The notes: a model not told the origin generated them from the sequence alone. A stretch of DNA of 28,031 nucleotides from an uncultured Chryseobacterium sp. (GCA_964621425.1 CAZUNW010000006.1:1-28031), one strand, 5' to 3'. Counted from the first letter of the stretch, positions 1 through 8,417 are shown. Made by a program: numbers and translations.

Positions 1-1
1 A

Positions 2-256
2 GGGGACCGGATCCTGAAGCGTACCACCTTTACGAAGTACCGGCAGTTCGTTGAGAACTGTTTCAACCTGCTTCCCCGCCAGGCCCTGCACGCACGCATG
101 CTGGAGTTCGACCATCCGGCCACAGGGCGCAGGATGCGTTTCGAGAGTGCGCTCCCGGATGGGTTCGAGGCCGTGCTCTCCCGGTGGCGCACCTACACGG
201 GCGCGAGGCCCATGGAGGGGGAGGAGGAGGAGGGAGGCGGGGGGGTCACCGCCTGA
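2..256 (+). CDS. rluD: RluA-family pseudouridine synthase (RluD-like), C-terminal fragment, 5' end outside the window
   Basis: Frame 2 translates GDRILKRTTFTKYRQFVENCFNLLPRQALHARMLEFDHPATGRRMRFESALPDGFEAVLSRWRTY... to TGA at 254-256. RQALHA..L.F.HP.TG is the typical RluA/RluD C-terminus. Not in the ORF track because it has no start in the window. Confidence 0.85.
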   Translation, partial: GDRILKRTTFTKYRQFVENCFNLLPRQALHARMLEFDHPATGRRMRFESALPDGFEAVLSRWRTYTGARPMEGEEEEGGGGVTA

Positions 257-1310
257 TCTTGCCGGTGCCCGTGCGATCGAAACGCGGCAGCGTGCGGATG
301 TGCCTTGGCATCTCGTGCGGATGCAGCACGCCCATGAGCCGTGCCATCACCTCGGGGATGACATCTTGCTGGGGACGGTCGGTCTCGATGGTGAGCATCA
401 CGGACTGGCCCAGCCGTTCGTCGGGCACGCCGCTGAAGAAGTGCGGCTCGGCGATGAGCGCCGCTGTGCGTGCCTCCAATTGCTCGGGGAACACCTTCCT
501 GCCGCCGCAGAGGATGACGTTGTCATGGCGGCCCAGCCACCGGAAGTGCCGCTCATCCACCAGTTCCACAAGGTCGTTGGTGACATGCTGGAAGCTGGAC
601 AGGTGGGGCGTGTACACGACGAGGCAGCCACGAGGATCACGTGCGAAGTGGCATTCACCCACGGCCGTGAAGGTCACGCCAGCCCCGGTGCCACTGAGCG
701 TCCGCAGGGCCACGTGGGTGAGCGTCTCGGTGCTGCCATAGCCCAGGTGCACGGTGGTGCCCGACTCCCGGACGCGTTCGGCCAGGGACGTGCTCACGGG
801 CCCCCCGCCCAGCAGCACGTGATCGAAACGCCCCGCCAGCCCGGCCGCATCGTCGTCCAATCCGCGAGCGAGTTGCAGCGGTACCATCGCCGCGAAGCGG
901 AATCGCTGCCCGGGATCCAGCCCCGCGAGCACGCTGCCACGGGGGTCTGCCACGTGCAGATCGAGCCCCAGCACGAAGGCGCGCACAAGCATCATCTTGC
1001 CGGCCACGAAGCCCGAAGGGAGGCAGTGCAGCACGCGGTCCCCCGGGCGCAGGTCGAAGGTCCGTCCGGTGAGCTCGGCGCTCGCCACCAGGTCGCCCAC
1101 GGGTACTGTGATGCGCTTGGGCGGACCGGTGGTGCCGCTGGTCTGCACGGTGAGGCCCTCCCCGCGCATGAGCTCCCTGATGGTCGCGCGGAGCTGTTCC
1201 GCCGCGTCAGGATCATCCTTTTGCCGGTCGACCAGCTCGTCCGCCCATTCCAACACGGCATCGCCCTCCAGCGTCGTGCCGTCCACCGTCAGGCGTTCGA
1301 AGGGGTTCAC
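246..1310 (-). CDS. menE: O-succinylbenzoate-CoA ligase (short Bacteroidota-type AMP-binding enzyme)
   Basis: TSGTTGPPK P-loop, YGSTET, GRHDNVILCGG and a terminal GKIRR lysine. GTG at 1310 overlaps the menC TGA (GTGA), which is preferred over the ORF-track start at 1331. Last gene of the men cluster. Confidence 0.88.
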   Translation of the reverse strand: MNPFERLTVDGTTLEGDAVLEWADELVDRQKDDPDAAEQLRATIRELMRGEGLTVQTSGTTGPPKRITVPVGDLVASAELTGRTFDLRPGDRVLHCLPSGFVAGKMMLVRAFVLGLDLHVADPRGSVLAGLDPGQRFRFAAMVPLQLARGLDDDAAGLAGRFDHVLLGGGPVSTSLAERVRESGTTVHLGYGSTETLTHVALRTLSGTGAGVTFTAVGECHFARDPRGCLVVYTPHLSSFQHVTNDLVELVDERHFRWLGRHDNVILCGGRKVFPEQLEARTAALIAEPHFFSGVPDERLGQSVMLTIETDRPQQDVIPEVMARLMGVLHPHEMPRHIRTLPRFDRTGTGKIRR

Positions 1311-2362
1311 AGGATCGCGCTGAGGTCCCACTCGCCCTCGGGCCGGTAGCGCAACTCACCGCGTCCGGCCTCCAGTGGCGATGGGATGTTGTCCGTGTAG
1401 ATCATCCCTGTGCCCAGTCCCTGTGGAAGGACCACGGACTGCAGCGCAGTGAACTGAGCGATGGCGTTCAGGCCAATGCTGCTTTCCAATGCAGAGGTGA
1501 TCCACCAGCCGATGCCACGGGCCTTGGCCAGGTCCATCCATTCGCGCGTGGAGGCCCAACCGCCCACAAGGCTCGGCTTGATCACGATGAAGGCGGGACG
1601 CAGGTTGTCGAGCAGGTCCACCTTGGCGTCGTGGGTGTTCTGCCCGATGAGGTCCTCGTCCAGTGCGATGGGTACGGGCGAGCCCGCGCACAGTTCGGCC
1701 ATCACCTCGTACAGGCCAGGAGCCACCGGCTGCTCGATGCTGTGCACATGCAGGTCATGCAACCGCTTGAGCACCTCGGGCGCATCCCGGGCGGTGAATG
1801 CCCCGTTGGCATCCACCCGGAGGGTGACATCCCCGGGTCCGTATTCGCGTCGCACGGCCTTCAGCAGGTCCAGTTCATCCGCGATGCCGATCGAACCGAT
1901 CTTCATTTTCACGGTCGTGAAACCGCCATCGAGCTGTTCGCGGATGCGCCGCTTCATGGTGGCACGGTCGCCCATCCACACCAGTCCGTTGATGGGGATC
2001 GACTTCCGGCCGAGGGTGAAGTCGGAGGGGAAGAGGGTCTTGGTGCCGCCCGCCTCCAGGTCCTTCAGGCATTGTTCCACGGCGAAGCGCACACTGGGCA
2101 CGTCCACCAGGTCGGTGACCAGCCGACGCTCCCAGTCCCCCGTTTCCATGCAGAGCTCGAGGAGCTTGGTACGCACGTCAGCGGGGAACTCGCGGCTGTG
2201 GCCCGGGAAAAGCGCTGCTTCCCCGATGCCCCGCACCTCGGGCCTGTCATGGTGCCAGGCGACCAGGTACCACGTTGTCCGGGCCGTGATGGTGCCCTTG
2301 CTGGTGCCCAGCTCGAAGCGGGGGTGCAGGGTGCGTTCGGTCCAGCGCGCGCGGAGCATCAC
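1307..2362 (-). CDS. menC: o-succinylbenzoate synthase (enolase superfamily)
   Basis: KMK catalytic motif, metal ligands in DANG / EQP / DED, and KPSL. The start (GTG 2362 or ATG 2359) overlaps the menA stop. Confidence 0.9.
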   Translation of the reverse strand: MMLRARWTERTLHPRFELGTSKGTITARTTWYLVAWHHDRPEVRGIGEAALFPGHSREFPADVRTKLLELCMETGDWERRLVTDLVDVPSVRFAVEQCLKDLEAGGTKTLFPSDFTLGRKSIPINGLVWMGDRATMKRRIREQLDGGFTTVKMKIGSIGIADELDLLKAVRREYGPGDVTLRVDANGAFTARDAPEVLKRLHDLHVHSIEQPVAPGLYEVMAELCAGSPVPIALDEDLIGQNTHDAKVDLLDNLRPAFIVIKPSLVGGWASTREWMDLAKARGIGWWITSALESSIGLNAIAQFTALQSVVLPQGLGTGMIYTDNIPSPLEAGRGELRYRPEGEWDLSAIL

Positions 2363-3270
2363 ACAAGGATAAGGCCGAGCGAGAAGAGCAGCGCACTAAG
2401 GAAGGTGCCCATCGCCAACACCTTGAGCTGGGGGTCTAGGTCGCGGGGTTCCTTCGTGCTCCACACGCACTTGAGGTGGATGATGTATCCCGGTGCGGAA
2501 AGCAGGAAGAGCCAGGTGGTCCAGCTGGCCTGGATGAAGAGCGCGAAGCCGATCAGGCAGAGCTCAGCGCCCACGACCAGGATCGTGTGGTATATCCGTG
2601 CGTTCACGCTACCCATGCGCACCACCAGCGTTCGCTTTCCGCTCGCCGCATCGTTGTGGATGTCGCGCATGTTGTTCACGTTGAGCACCCCGGAGCTGAG
2701 CAGGCCGAAGGCAATGGCAGGCGCAAGTACCATGGGTTCGAACCTGTTGGTGTGGAGGAAATAGGTGCCGCACACGCCGACGATGCCGAAGAAGATGAAT
2801 ACGCTGATGTCGCCTAGACCCGCATAGCCATACGGGTTCTTCCCGAAGGTGTACTTCACCGCAGCCCCGATCGCCGCCAGACCGAGCAGGAAAAAGAACA
2901 AGGTCCTCAGTGTAAGCCCAAGCGCTACAACGATCAACGAGCAACCGCTGATGAAGGCCAACAGACCGCAGATCATCATCGCACGCTTCATTTCGGCCGG
3001 CGTGATCGCCCCGCTCTGCACGGTGCGCTTTGGCCCGACACGATCGATGTTATCCGTCCCGTGTTCGTGATCACCCAGGTCGTTTGCGAGATTGCTGAGG
3101 ATCTGGAGGAGGATGGCTGTGAGCGAAGCGAGCACGAGGACCATCGGATCACAACTGGTCGCATGGCAGCTGATCCAGCCCCAGTCGTTGGCCAATGCGC
3201 TCCCCACGAGGATGCTGCTCACCGCGAGCGGCAGTGTGCGCAGGCGGAAGGCGTGGAGCCAGTGTTTCAT
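2359..3270 (-). CDS. menA: 1,4-dihydroxy-2-naphthoate polyprenyltransferase (UbiA family)
   Basis: RLRTLP N-terminus, SNLANDLGD and NVNNMRDI Asp/Asn motifs, GKRTLVVR, and many hydrophobic helices. Confidence 0.93.
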   Translation of the reverse strand: MKHWLHAFRLRTLPLAVSSILVGSALANDWGWISCHATSCDPMVLVLASLTAILLQILSNLANDLGDHEHGTDNIDRVGPKRTVQSGAITPAEMKRAMMICGLLAFISGCSLIVVALGLTLRTLFFFLLGLAAIGAAVKYTFGKNPYGYAGLGDISVFIFFGIVGVCGTYFLHTNRFEPMVLAPAIAFGLLSSGVLNVNNMRDIHNDAASGKRTLVVRMGSVNARIYHTILVVGAELCLIGFALFIQASWTTWLFLLSAPGYIIHLKCVWSTKEPRDLDPQLKVLAMGTFLSALLFSLGLILV

Positions 3271-3315
3271 TCCTCAGCGGACCTCAGCGTCTTTTGCGCC
3301 TCTGCGGTTGAACCC
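3271..3315 (-). repeat. 45-bp intergenic element made of four imperfect CGC(A/T)GAG-like units
   Basis: The minus strand reads GGGTTCAAC-CGCAGAGG-CGCAAAAGA-CGCTGAGGTC-CGCTGAGGA. CCTCAGCG occurs exactly twice on the plus strand (3272-3279, 3282-3289). The element fills the whole menB-menA gap. Confidence 0.6.
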
Positions 3316-4134
3316 CTATGGGAACTTCGGGAACTTCTGGAAATCCGGCGGACGCTTCTCCAGGAAGGCGTTGCGGCCCTCCTGTGCTTCGTCCATCAGG
3401 TAGTACATGAGCGTGGCGTCACCCGCGAACTCCATCAGGCCGCGCTGGCCGTCGAGCTCGGCGTTGAGGCCGCGCTTGATCATGCGCAGGGCGAGCGGGC
3501 TGCGCTGCATCATGATCCTGCACCACTCCACGGTGGTGTCCTCCAGGTCGGCCAGCGGCACCACCTTGTTCACCATGCCCATGTCATGGGCTTCCTGCGC
3601 GCTGTACTGAAGGCAGAGGAACCAGATCTCGCGGGCCTTCTTCTGGCCAACGTGGCGTGCGAGGTAGTAGCTTCCGAAGCCGCCATCGAAGCCGCCCTCC
3701 TTGGGGCCGGTCTGCCCGAAGCGCGCATGGTCTGCGGCGATGGTGAGGTCGCACACCACGTGCAGCACGTGGCCCCCGCCTATGGCGTAGCCGTTCACCA
3801 TGGCCACCACGGGCTTCGGCAGCTCGCGGATGCGCTTGTGCAGGTCGAGCACGTTGAGCCTTGGCACGCCGTCGGTGCCGATGTAGCCGCCGCGGCCCTT
3901 CACGTTCTGGTCGCCGCCGCTGCAAAAGGCCTTGTCGCCCGCGCCGGTGAGCACCACCACGCCGATGCGCGTGTCCTCGCGGGCGATGTCCATCGCATCG
4001 ATCATCTCCTTGTTGGTGTCCGGACGGAAGGCGTTGTAGACCTCCGGCCGGTTGATCGTGATCTTGGCGATGCCCTCGAAGTACTCGAACTTGATGTCCG
4101 TGTATTCCTTGATGGTCGTCCATTCCCTGGTCAT
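3316..4134 (-). CDS. menB: 1,4-dihydroxy-2-naphthoyl-CoA synthase (crotonase fold)
   Basis: [48 protein letters not shown] and [14 protein letters not shown]. Start set at ATG 4134 ([11 protein letters not shown]), 272 aa. Confidence 0.95.
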   Translation of the reverse strand: MTREWTTIKEYTDIKFEYFEGIAKITINRPEVYNAFRPDTNKEMIDAMDIAREDTRIGVVVLTGAGDKAFCSGGDQNVKGRGGYIGTDGVPRLNVLDLHKRIRELPKPVVAMVNGYAIGGGHVLHVVCDLTIAADHARFGQTGPKEGGFDGGFGSYYLARHVGQKKAREIWFLCLQYSAQEAHDMGMVNKVVPLADLEDTTVEWCRIMMQRSPLALRMIKRGLNAELDGQRGLMEFAGDATLMYYLMDEAQEGRNAFLEKRPPDFQKFPKFP

Positions 4135-4186
4135 GGCCGGATGCTTTTGAACACAGTGATGCAACGGCGCCGTGGATGCGCGGCGT

Positions 4187-5887
4187 TCATGATGTGCGGA
4201 GTTGGTTGAAGTAATCGCGCAACACCCTGGGCGAGGTGAGCGCATCGGTGGTGATGTGCAGTACGGCGGGCTTCTCATGCTGCGCGTACAGCTTGTCCAG
4301 GCCCGCCTCGAGGGAGGCGTGGTCGTTGGCTTGGAAGTAGGGCAGGCCGAAGCTCTTCACGAGCCGTTCGATGCTGCGGGTGTGCGGCGCTTCGAACCAG
4401 GGCAGCAGCTCCGCGTCCTTGTCCGGCCCATCGATGTAGCGGAAGATGTTGCCGCCGCCGTTGTCCACCACGATCACCTTAAGCAGGGGGGGGAGGTGCT
4501 CGTTCCAGAACGCGTTGCCGTCGTAGCAGAAGGCGATGTCGCCCGTGATCAGCGTGGTGAGCGCTCCCGTGGCCAGGGCCGCGCCCACGGCCGTGCTGGT
4601 GCATCCGTCGATCCCACTGGTGCCCCGGTTGCCGGACCAGCGCAGCCCGCGCATGCGGTCGAAGAGCTGCACGTAGCGTGCGGGGGTGCTGTTGGCCACG
4701 TGCACGTCGCTGTCGCCGGGGATGCGGCCGTTCAAGGTGTGGAACACGGTGAGGTCACAGAAAGGCGCTTCCCCCATTTGGCGTTCGTGGATAGCGCGTG
4801 TCCGTGCATCCACCATGCGCCATGCATCTCCGTAGGAGCTGTCCACACGGTGCGCCGACGCCACCACGGGTTCAGCCACCTGGGCGAGGAAGACATCGGG
4901 GCTCACGGCTATGTCCTGGGTGAGGCTCTGATAAGTGTCGTAGTGCCGCTGGCCGGGGTCCACGTTCCAGTGCTGCTGTGGTCGCCATTTGCGCAGCAGT
5001 GTCTTGATGCGCTTGCTCACCACCGCGCCACCGAAGGTGATCAGCAGGTCGGGCCTCAGGTCGTCCTCGTTGGCCGGGTTCACGCCTTCGATCGCTCGGT
5101 CGATGCACGTGATGAACGCGGGATCGTCCAGGTTGCTCGTGGCCTCGGTGTGCACGGTGACCTGTGGCAGGGATGCGAGGCGCACCAGCCGGGTCTTGAG
5201 GCCATTGCTCCAACGTCCCTGTCCCACGAGCACCATCACCTTCCGGCACGCGCCCATCTGGCCGGCGAGCCATCGGGCATGTTCGGGCATGATGAAGGGC
5301 TCGGTCATCACCGGGGCGATCAACCGGCTTTGCATCGCCGCGTCCGGTGAGGCCTGCCCGTAAAGCGGTTCAGCGAAGGGGACGTTCACATGCACGGGAC
5401 CGGGCACGGGCAGCAGGGTGGCATCAATGGCCTCATTGATGAGGCGGCCCACATGCCAGCGGGCCAGCTCGTCCTGCGGGTCCCTCGGCAGCTGTACGCT
5501 GCGTTTCATATGCAGTGCTAACACGCCTTGCTGGCGGATGGCCTGTCCCTCGCCCTGGTCCACCCATTCCTCCGGGCGGTCCGCGGTGATCACCAGCAGG
5601 GGGACACGCTGGTAGAAGGCCTCCGCGATGGCCGGACCATAGTTGAGCACGGCGCTGCCGCTGGTGGCGATGAGGGCTACGGGTGCGTGCAGCTGCTGGG
5701 CCATGCCGAGCGCAAGAAAGGCGGCACTGCGCTCGTCGATAATGCGCAGGCAATCGATGCCTGCATGCCGGTTGAACGCGATCACCAGCGGGGCGCTGCG
5801 CGAGCCGGGACTTATCACGGCATGGCGCACACCTTTCGCGGCGCAGAGCCGCGCCAGTTCAGATGCGGCGAAATGGTCCGAGGTCAT
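4187..5887 (-). CDS. menD: SEPHCHC synthase (ThDP-dependent)
   Basis: [38 protein letters not shown] and the GDIAFCYD...NGGGNIF ThDP motif. ATG 5887 overlaps the menF TGA (ATGA). Confidence 0.93.
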   Translation of the reverse strand: MTSDHFAASELARLCAAKGVRHAVISPGSRSAPLVIAFNRHAGIDCLRIIDERSAAFLALGMAQQLHAPVALIATSGSAVLNYGPAIAEAFYQRVPLLVITADRPEEWVDQGEGQAIRQQGVLALHMKRSVQLPRDPQDELARWHVGRLINEAIDATLLPVPGPVHVNVPFAEPLYGQASPDAAMQSRLIAPVMTEPFIMPEHARWLAGQMGACRKVMVLVGQGRWSNGLKTRLVRLASLPQVTVHTEATSNLDDPAFITCIDRAIEGVNPANEDDLRPDLLITFGGAVVSKRIKTLLRKWRPQQHWNVDPGQRHYDTYQSLTQDIAVSPDVFLAQVAEPVVASAHRVDSSYGDAWRMVDARTRAIHERQMGEAPFCDLTVFHTLNGRIPGDSDVHVANSTPARYVQLFDRMRGLRWSGNRGTSGIDGCTSTAVGAALATGALTTLITGDIAFCYDGNAFWNEHLPPLLKVIVVDNGGGNIFRYIDGPDKDAELLPWFEAPHTRSIERLVKSFGLPYFQANDHASLEAGLDKLYAQHEKPAVLHITTDALTSPRVLRDYFNQLRTS

Positions 5888-7011
5888 CGTGCCATGGTGG
5901 CTTCCCGGCCTGTGGCCAGAGTTCGAATGGGCGTGGTCCAGACCGAGGCCTTCGCTTCGGTCTCGGTCCATTCGTCCCCGGCATCCGACCCGGCCGTGAT
6001 GCCCGCCCCCACATGCAGGGTGGCCCGTTGGTCGAACGCCTCAAGGCAGCGGATGTTCACGAACAGTTCGGTCCGCCCATCGGCGTTCCACGGTCCCCAG
6101 AACCCGCTGTAAAGCCCCCGGCCCGGCCCGTCGTGCCCGTGGATGAACCGTTGGGCGGCGCCGCGCGGGGTGCCGCAGATGGCGGGCGTGGGATGCAATC
6201 GGGTGAGCACCTCATCCAGGGAGCAGCTGCCCAGGTCGGCCTCGATCACGGTCCGCAGGTGGCTCACCTGGCCGGCGTTCATCGGCTCCGGACCCATGAT
6301 GCTGATGGCGGGCAGTCCGAGCTCGATCAGGCATCCCACGACCTCGCGTGTCACGAGTGCCTGCTCATGGCGCTCCTTGGTGCCCCAGCTTGCCGCCGGC
6401 AGGGGGGGCTCGGTGGAGCCGCGGGTGCCCGCAAGGGCATCAATGCGGACCCGGTCGTCCTCGGCTACCAGCAGGTGTTCGGGAGATGCGCCCATCCAGG
6501 TGCCATGCTCAGGGGTATGCACCAGTGCCACAAGCGCGTTTGACATGCGGGTTGCGGCCTCCTCGAAGAGGGTGGGCAGGGATGTCCGGTCCAGGTCCAG
6601 TGTGATGGTGCGCGAGGCCACCACCTTCTCCAGCCCTCCTGCGCCAATCACCTCCAGGGCCTCCTTCACCAGGGCCTCGTAGGCGGTGCGGTCCATGTCC
6701 ACCGCTGGTGTGCGGCCTGCGGGCGTGCCGCCGATGCAGGTGTGGAGGGACTCCAGGGAAACGGGAAGCTCCCCGAACGTGAGCTCCACATCGCTCCTGA
6801 CGTAGGTGATGCGCTGCGGGTCATGCTTGAAGGGGGCTACGAGGAAGACCTCGTTCAGGCGGGCGAGGTAGGCGGATTCCACCGGCTCCAGCTCGGGGCT
6901 GCGTTGCACCCAAAGCGTGACGGGCCCACCGGGTACCCTGAAGGCCGTAAAGGTGAGGTGGCGTGCAAGGCAGTGGGCGAGGGCCTGGTGCAACTGGCTG
7001 GGGGCGCTCAT
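5884..7011 (-). CDS. menF: Isochorismate synthase (chorismate-binding MST family)
   Basis: KVV.SR, GASPE, ALAGT, KERHEQ, LHPTPAICG, FVNIRC, GAGIT and EW.ETEAK. ATG 7011 overlaps the stop of the upstream thioesterase (ATGA). Confidence 0.88.
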   Translation of the reverse strand: MSAPSQLHQALAHCLARHLTFTAFRVPGGPVTLWVQRSPELEPVESAYLARLNEVFLVAPFKHDPQRITYVRSDVELTFGELPVSLESLHTCIGGTPAGRTPAVDMDRTAYEALVKEALEVIGAGGLEKVVASRTITLDLDRTSLPTLFEEAATRMSNALVALVHTPEHGTWMGASPEHLLVAEDDRVRIDALAGTRGSTEPPLPAASWGTKERHEQALVTREVVGCLIELGLPAISIMGPEPMNAGQVSHLRTVIEADLGSCSLDEVLTRLHPTPAICGTPRGAAQRFIHGHDGPGRGLYSGFWGPWNADGRTELFVNIRCLEAFDQRATLHVGAGITAGSDAGDEWTETEAKASVWTTPIRTLATGREATMAR

Positions 7012-7445
7012 GGGGCGGTGGGCTGGGTTTGGCCGGCGATCACCAGGCTGGTGAGGCGGCAGACCGCGCACAGGGCACCGGCCTGGTCATGGACCCGGAT
7101 TTCCCAAACGTGCATGGTTCGGCCCAGGCGCAGCGGTTCCGCCGTGGCGGTGACGCGCCCTTCGCGCACACCCTTCAGGTGATTCGCGTTCACCTCGACG
7201 CCCACTACGTGACGTCCATCGGGCATCACCAGCAGGGCGGAGGCTACGCTGCCCAGGGTCTCGGCCAGCGCTGCGGTGGCCCCCCCGTTCAACAGGCCCA
7301 TCGGCTGGATGGTCCTGTGGTCAACGGGCATGGAGGCGGTGAGGCGGCCTTCGGCGTCGACCCCGAACCGGATGTCCAGGTGTTCCGACAGGGTGCCGGA
7401 CCGGAACCGATCCGCCAATTCAACATGGCCTGCCGTAAAGCGCAT
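7008..7445 (-). CDS. menI: Hotdog-fold (PaaI/YdiI) thioesterase, probable DHNA-CoA hydrolase
   Basis: QPMGLLNGGATAALAETLGS, VGVEVNANHL and GRTMHVWEI are YdiI-like motifs. First gene of the men operon. Confidence 0.75.
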   Translation of the reverse strand: MRFTAGHVELADRFRSGTLSEHLDIRFGVDAEGRLTASMPVDHRTIQPMGLLNGGATAALAETLGSVASALLVMPDGRHVVGVEVNANHLKGVREGRVTATAEPLRLGRTMHVWEIRVHDQAGALCAVCRLTSLVIAGQTQPTAP

Positions 7446-7449
7446 GCGG

Positions 7450-7457
7450 CAAAGTTA
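7450..7457 (-). promoter_or_regulatory. Bacteroidota housekeeping -7 promoter element of the men operon
   Basis: Perfect TAnnTTTG match (TAACTTTG) on the minus strand, 4 nt before the menI ATG. No clear -33 TTTG. Confidence 0.7.
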
Positions 7458-7466
7458 CCCCGTGGC

Positions 7467-7474
7467 GATCTTTG
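7467..7474 (+). promoter_or_regulatory. Putative -7 promoter element of the response regulator
   Basis: GATCTTTG (one mismatch to TAnnTTTG), 7 nt before ATG 7482. Confidence 0.5.
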
Positions 7475-7481
7475 TACCCGG

Positions 7482-8180
7482 ATGGAACGCACGCCGAAGC
7501 ACCGAGTGCTGCTTGTGGAGGATGAGGAGGGCCTGCGGCAGACCTTGCGGCTGAACCTGGAGTTGGAAGGGTACCACGTGACCGCGGTGGCCACGGGTGC
7601 CGAGGCCCTGGACCGGCTTCGCGGCGCCCATTTCGATGCGGCCGTGCTGGATGTCATGCTGCCGGGCATGGATGGCTTCACCGTGTGCGAGAAGGCCCGT
7701 GTGGAGGGTGTACGTACCCCTGTGCTATTCCTCACCGCACGTAGCACCCCGGCCGACCGCGTTCGGGGATTGCGCACGGGGGATGATCACCTGGCCAAGC
7801 CGTTCGACCTGGAGGAGCTCATGCTCCGTGTCTCCAAGCTGGTGGCCCGGGCCGAGGAAAGGCCTCCCACGGGGGTTCCGGCCAAGGTCCGTTTCGGTCG
7901 CAACGAGGTGGACCTGGGCGCCTTCGAAGCCCGCGGCGTGGCGGGTACCCGCGCATTGTCCCAGCGGGAGGTGATGCTGCTGCGCCTGCTCATCGAGCAC
8001 GCCGGGGAGGTGGTTTCCCGCGAGGAGATCCTTCATAAGGTTTGGGGCTACGATGTGTTCCCCACGACGCGTACGATCGATAATTTCATTGTGGCATTCC
8101 GCAAACTTTTCGAGGAGGACGCCCGGCACCCCCGCCATTTCATGAGCGTCCGGGGGGTGGGCTACAAATTCATGCCCTGA
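7482..8180 (+). CDS. OmpR/PhoB-family response regulator (REC + winged HTH), orphan
   Basis: VLLVEDE, LDVMLPGMDG (phospho-Asp), FLTA and KPF, with the wHTH motifs SREEIL..VWG, TRTIDNFI and SVRGVGYKF. Start set at ATG 7482, 232 aa. Confidence 0.92.
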   Translation: MERTPKHRVLLVEDEEGLRQTLRLNLELEGYHVTAVATGAEALDRLRGAHFDAAVLDVMLPGMDGFTVCEKARVEGVRTPVLFLTARSTPADRVRGLRTGDDHLAKPFDLEELMLRVSKLVARAEERPPTGVPAKVRFGRNEVDLGAFEARGVAGTRALSQREVMLLRLLIEHAGEVVSREEILHKVWGYDVFPTTRTIDNFIVAFRKLFEEDARHPRHFMSVRGVGYKFMP

Positions 8181-8189
8181 TCGGAGGGG

Positions 8190-8225
8190 GCAGGCAACCC
8201 TTTGGCACCGCCTGCGTCTTCTTGT
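8190..8225 (+). terminator. Possible intrinsic terminator after the response regulator
   Basis: GCAGGC (8190-8195) pairs with GCCTGC (8210-8215), followed by the T-rich GTCTTCTTGTT. The loop is large (14 nt). Confidence 0.35.
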
Positions 8226-8288
8226 TGTCAAGGGTCATCTTCCTCCCTTGGCGTTGGTTCCATCCAATTTCCTTGCAGGTTTACCGTG

Positions 8289-8318
8289 CAGGGGCCCCCA
8301 CGGGCCCCTGTTCGGTTT
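8289..8318 (+). terminator. Strong GC hairpin, terminator-like
   Basis: Perfect 9-bp stem CAGGGGCCC-CCAC-GGGCCCCTG (8289-8310), followed by TTCGGTTT. Confidence 0.5.
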
Positions 8319-8384
8319 CCAGGAGGTTCGTCCGTCCGCCCCCGTGTGGCGTCCGTCGAAGGAGGCTGGTTGTAGGTGGGGGGA

Positions 8385-8417
8385 TTTGCGCAAAGGAGGC
8401 CGAACCATTTACTTTCG
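8385..8417 (+). promoter_or_regulatory. Bacteroidota -33/-7 promoter of the T9SS type-A cargo gene
   Basis: TTTG (8385-8388), a 21-nt spacer, then TACTTTCG (8410-8417). This fits TTTG-N19-21-TAnnTTTG with one mismatch. Confidence 0.65.

Noticed and set aside
214-245. G/GAG-rich run (possible microsatellite or G-quadruplex)
   Set aside because: It encodes the acidic Glu/Gly tail of the pseudouridine synthase. It is short, in frame, and shows no evidence of phase variation.
4135-4278. N-terminal extensions given by the ORF track (menB, menD, menF, regulator, T9SS cargos, addA, addB, flavoprotein)
   Set aside because: The extensions overlap neighbouring genes or promoters and lack family similarity. 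Downstream starts give stop/start overlaps, -7 elements or signal peptides.
51-6112. Long plus-strand ORFs opposite the men operon (51..1349, 1631..2764, 3061..4209, 4202..5350 and others)
   Set aside because: Antisense shadows of high-GC genes with no recognisable motifs. The minus-strand men genes explain the sequence fully.
7270-7300. NGG instead of HGG in the MenI-like thioesterase
   Set aside because: This position varies among PaaI/YdiI hotdog proteins, and the catalytic Glu (LAET) is retained.
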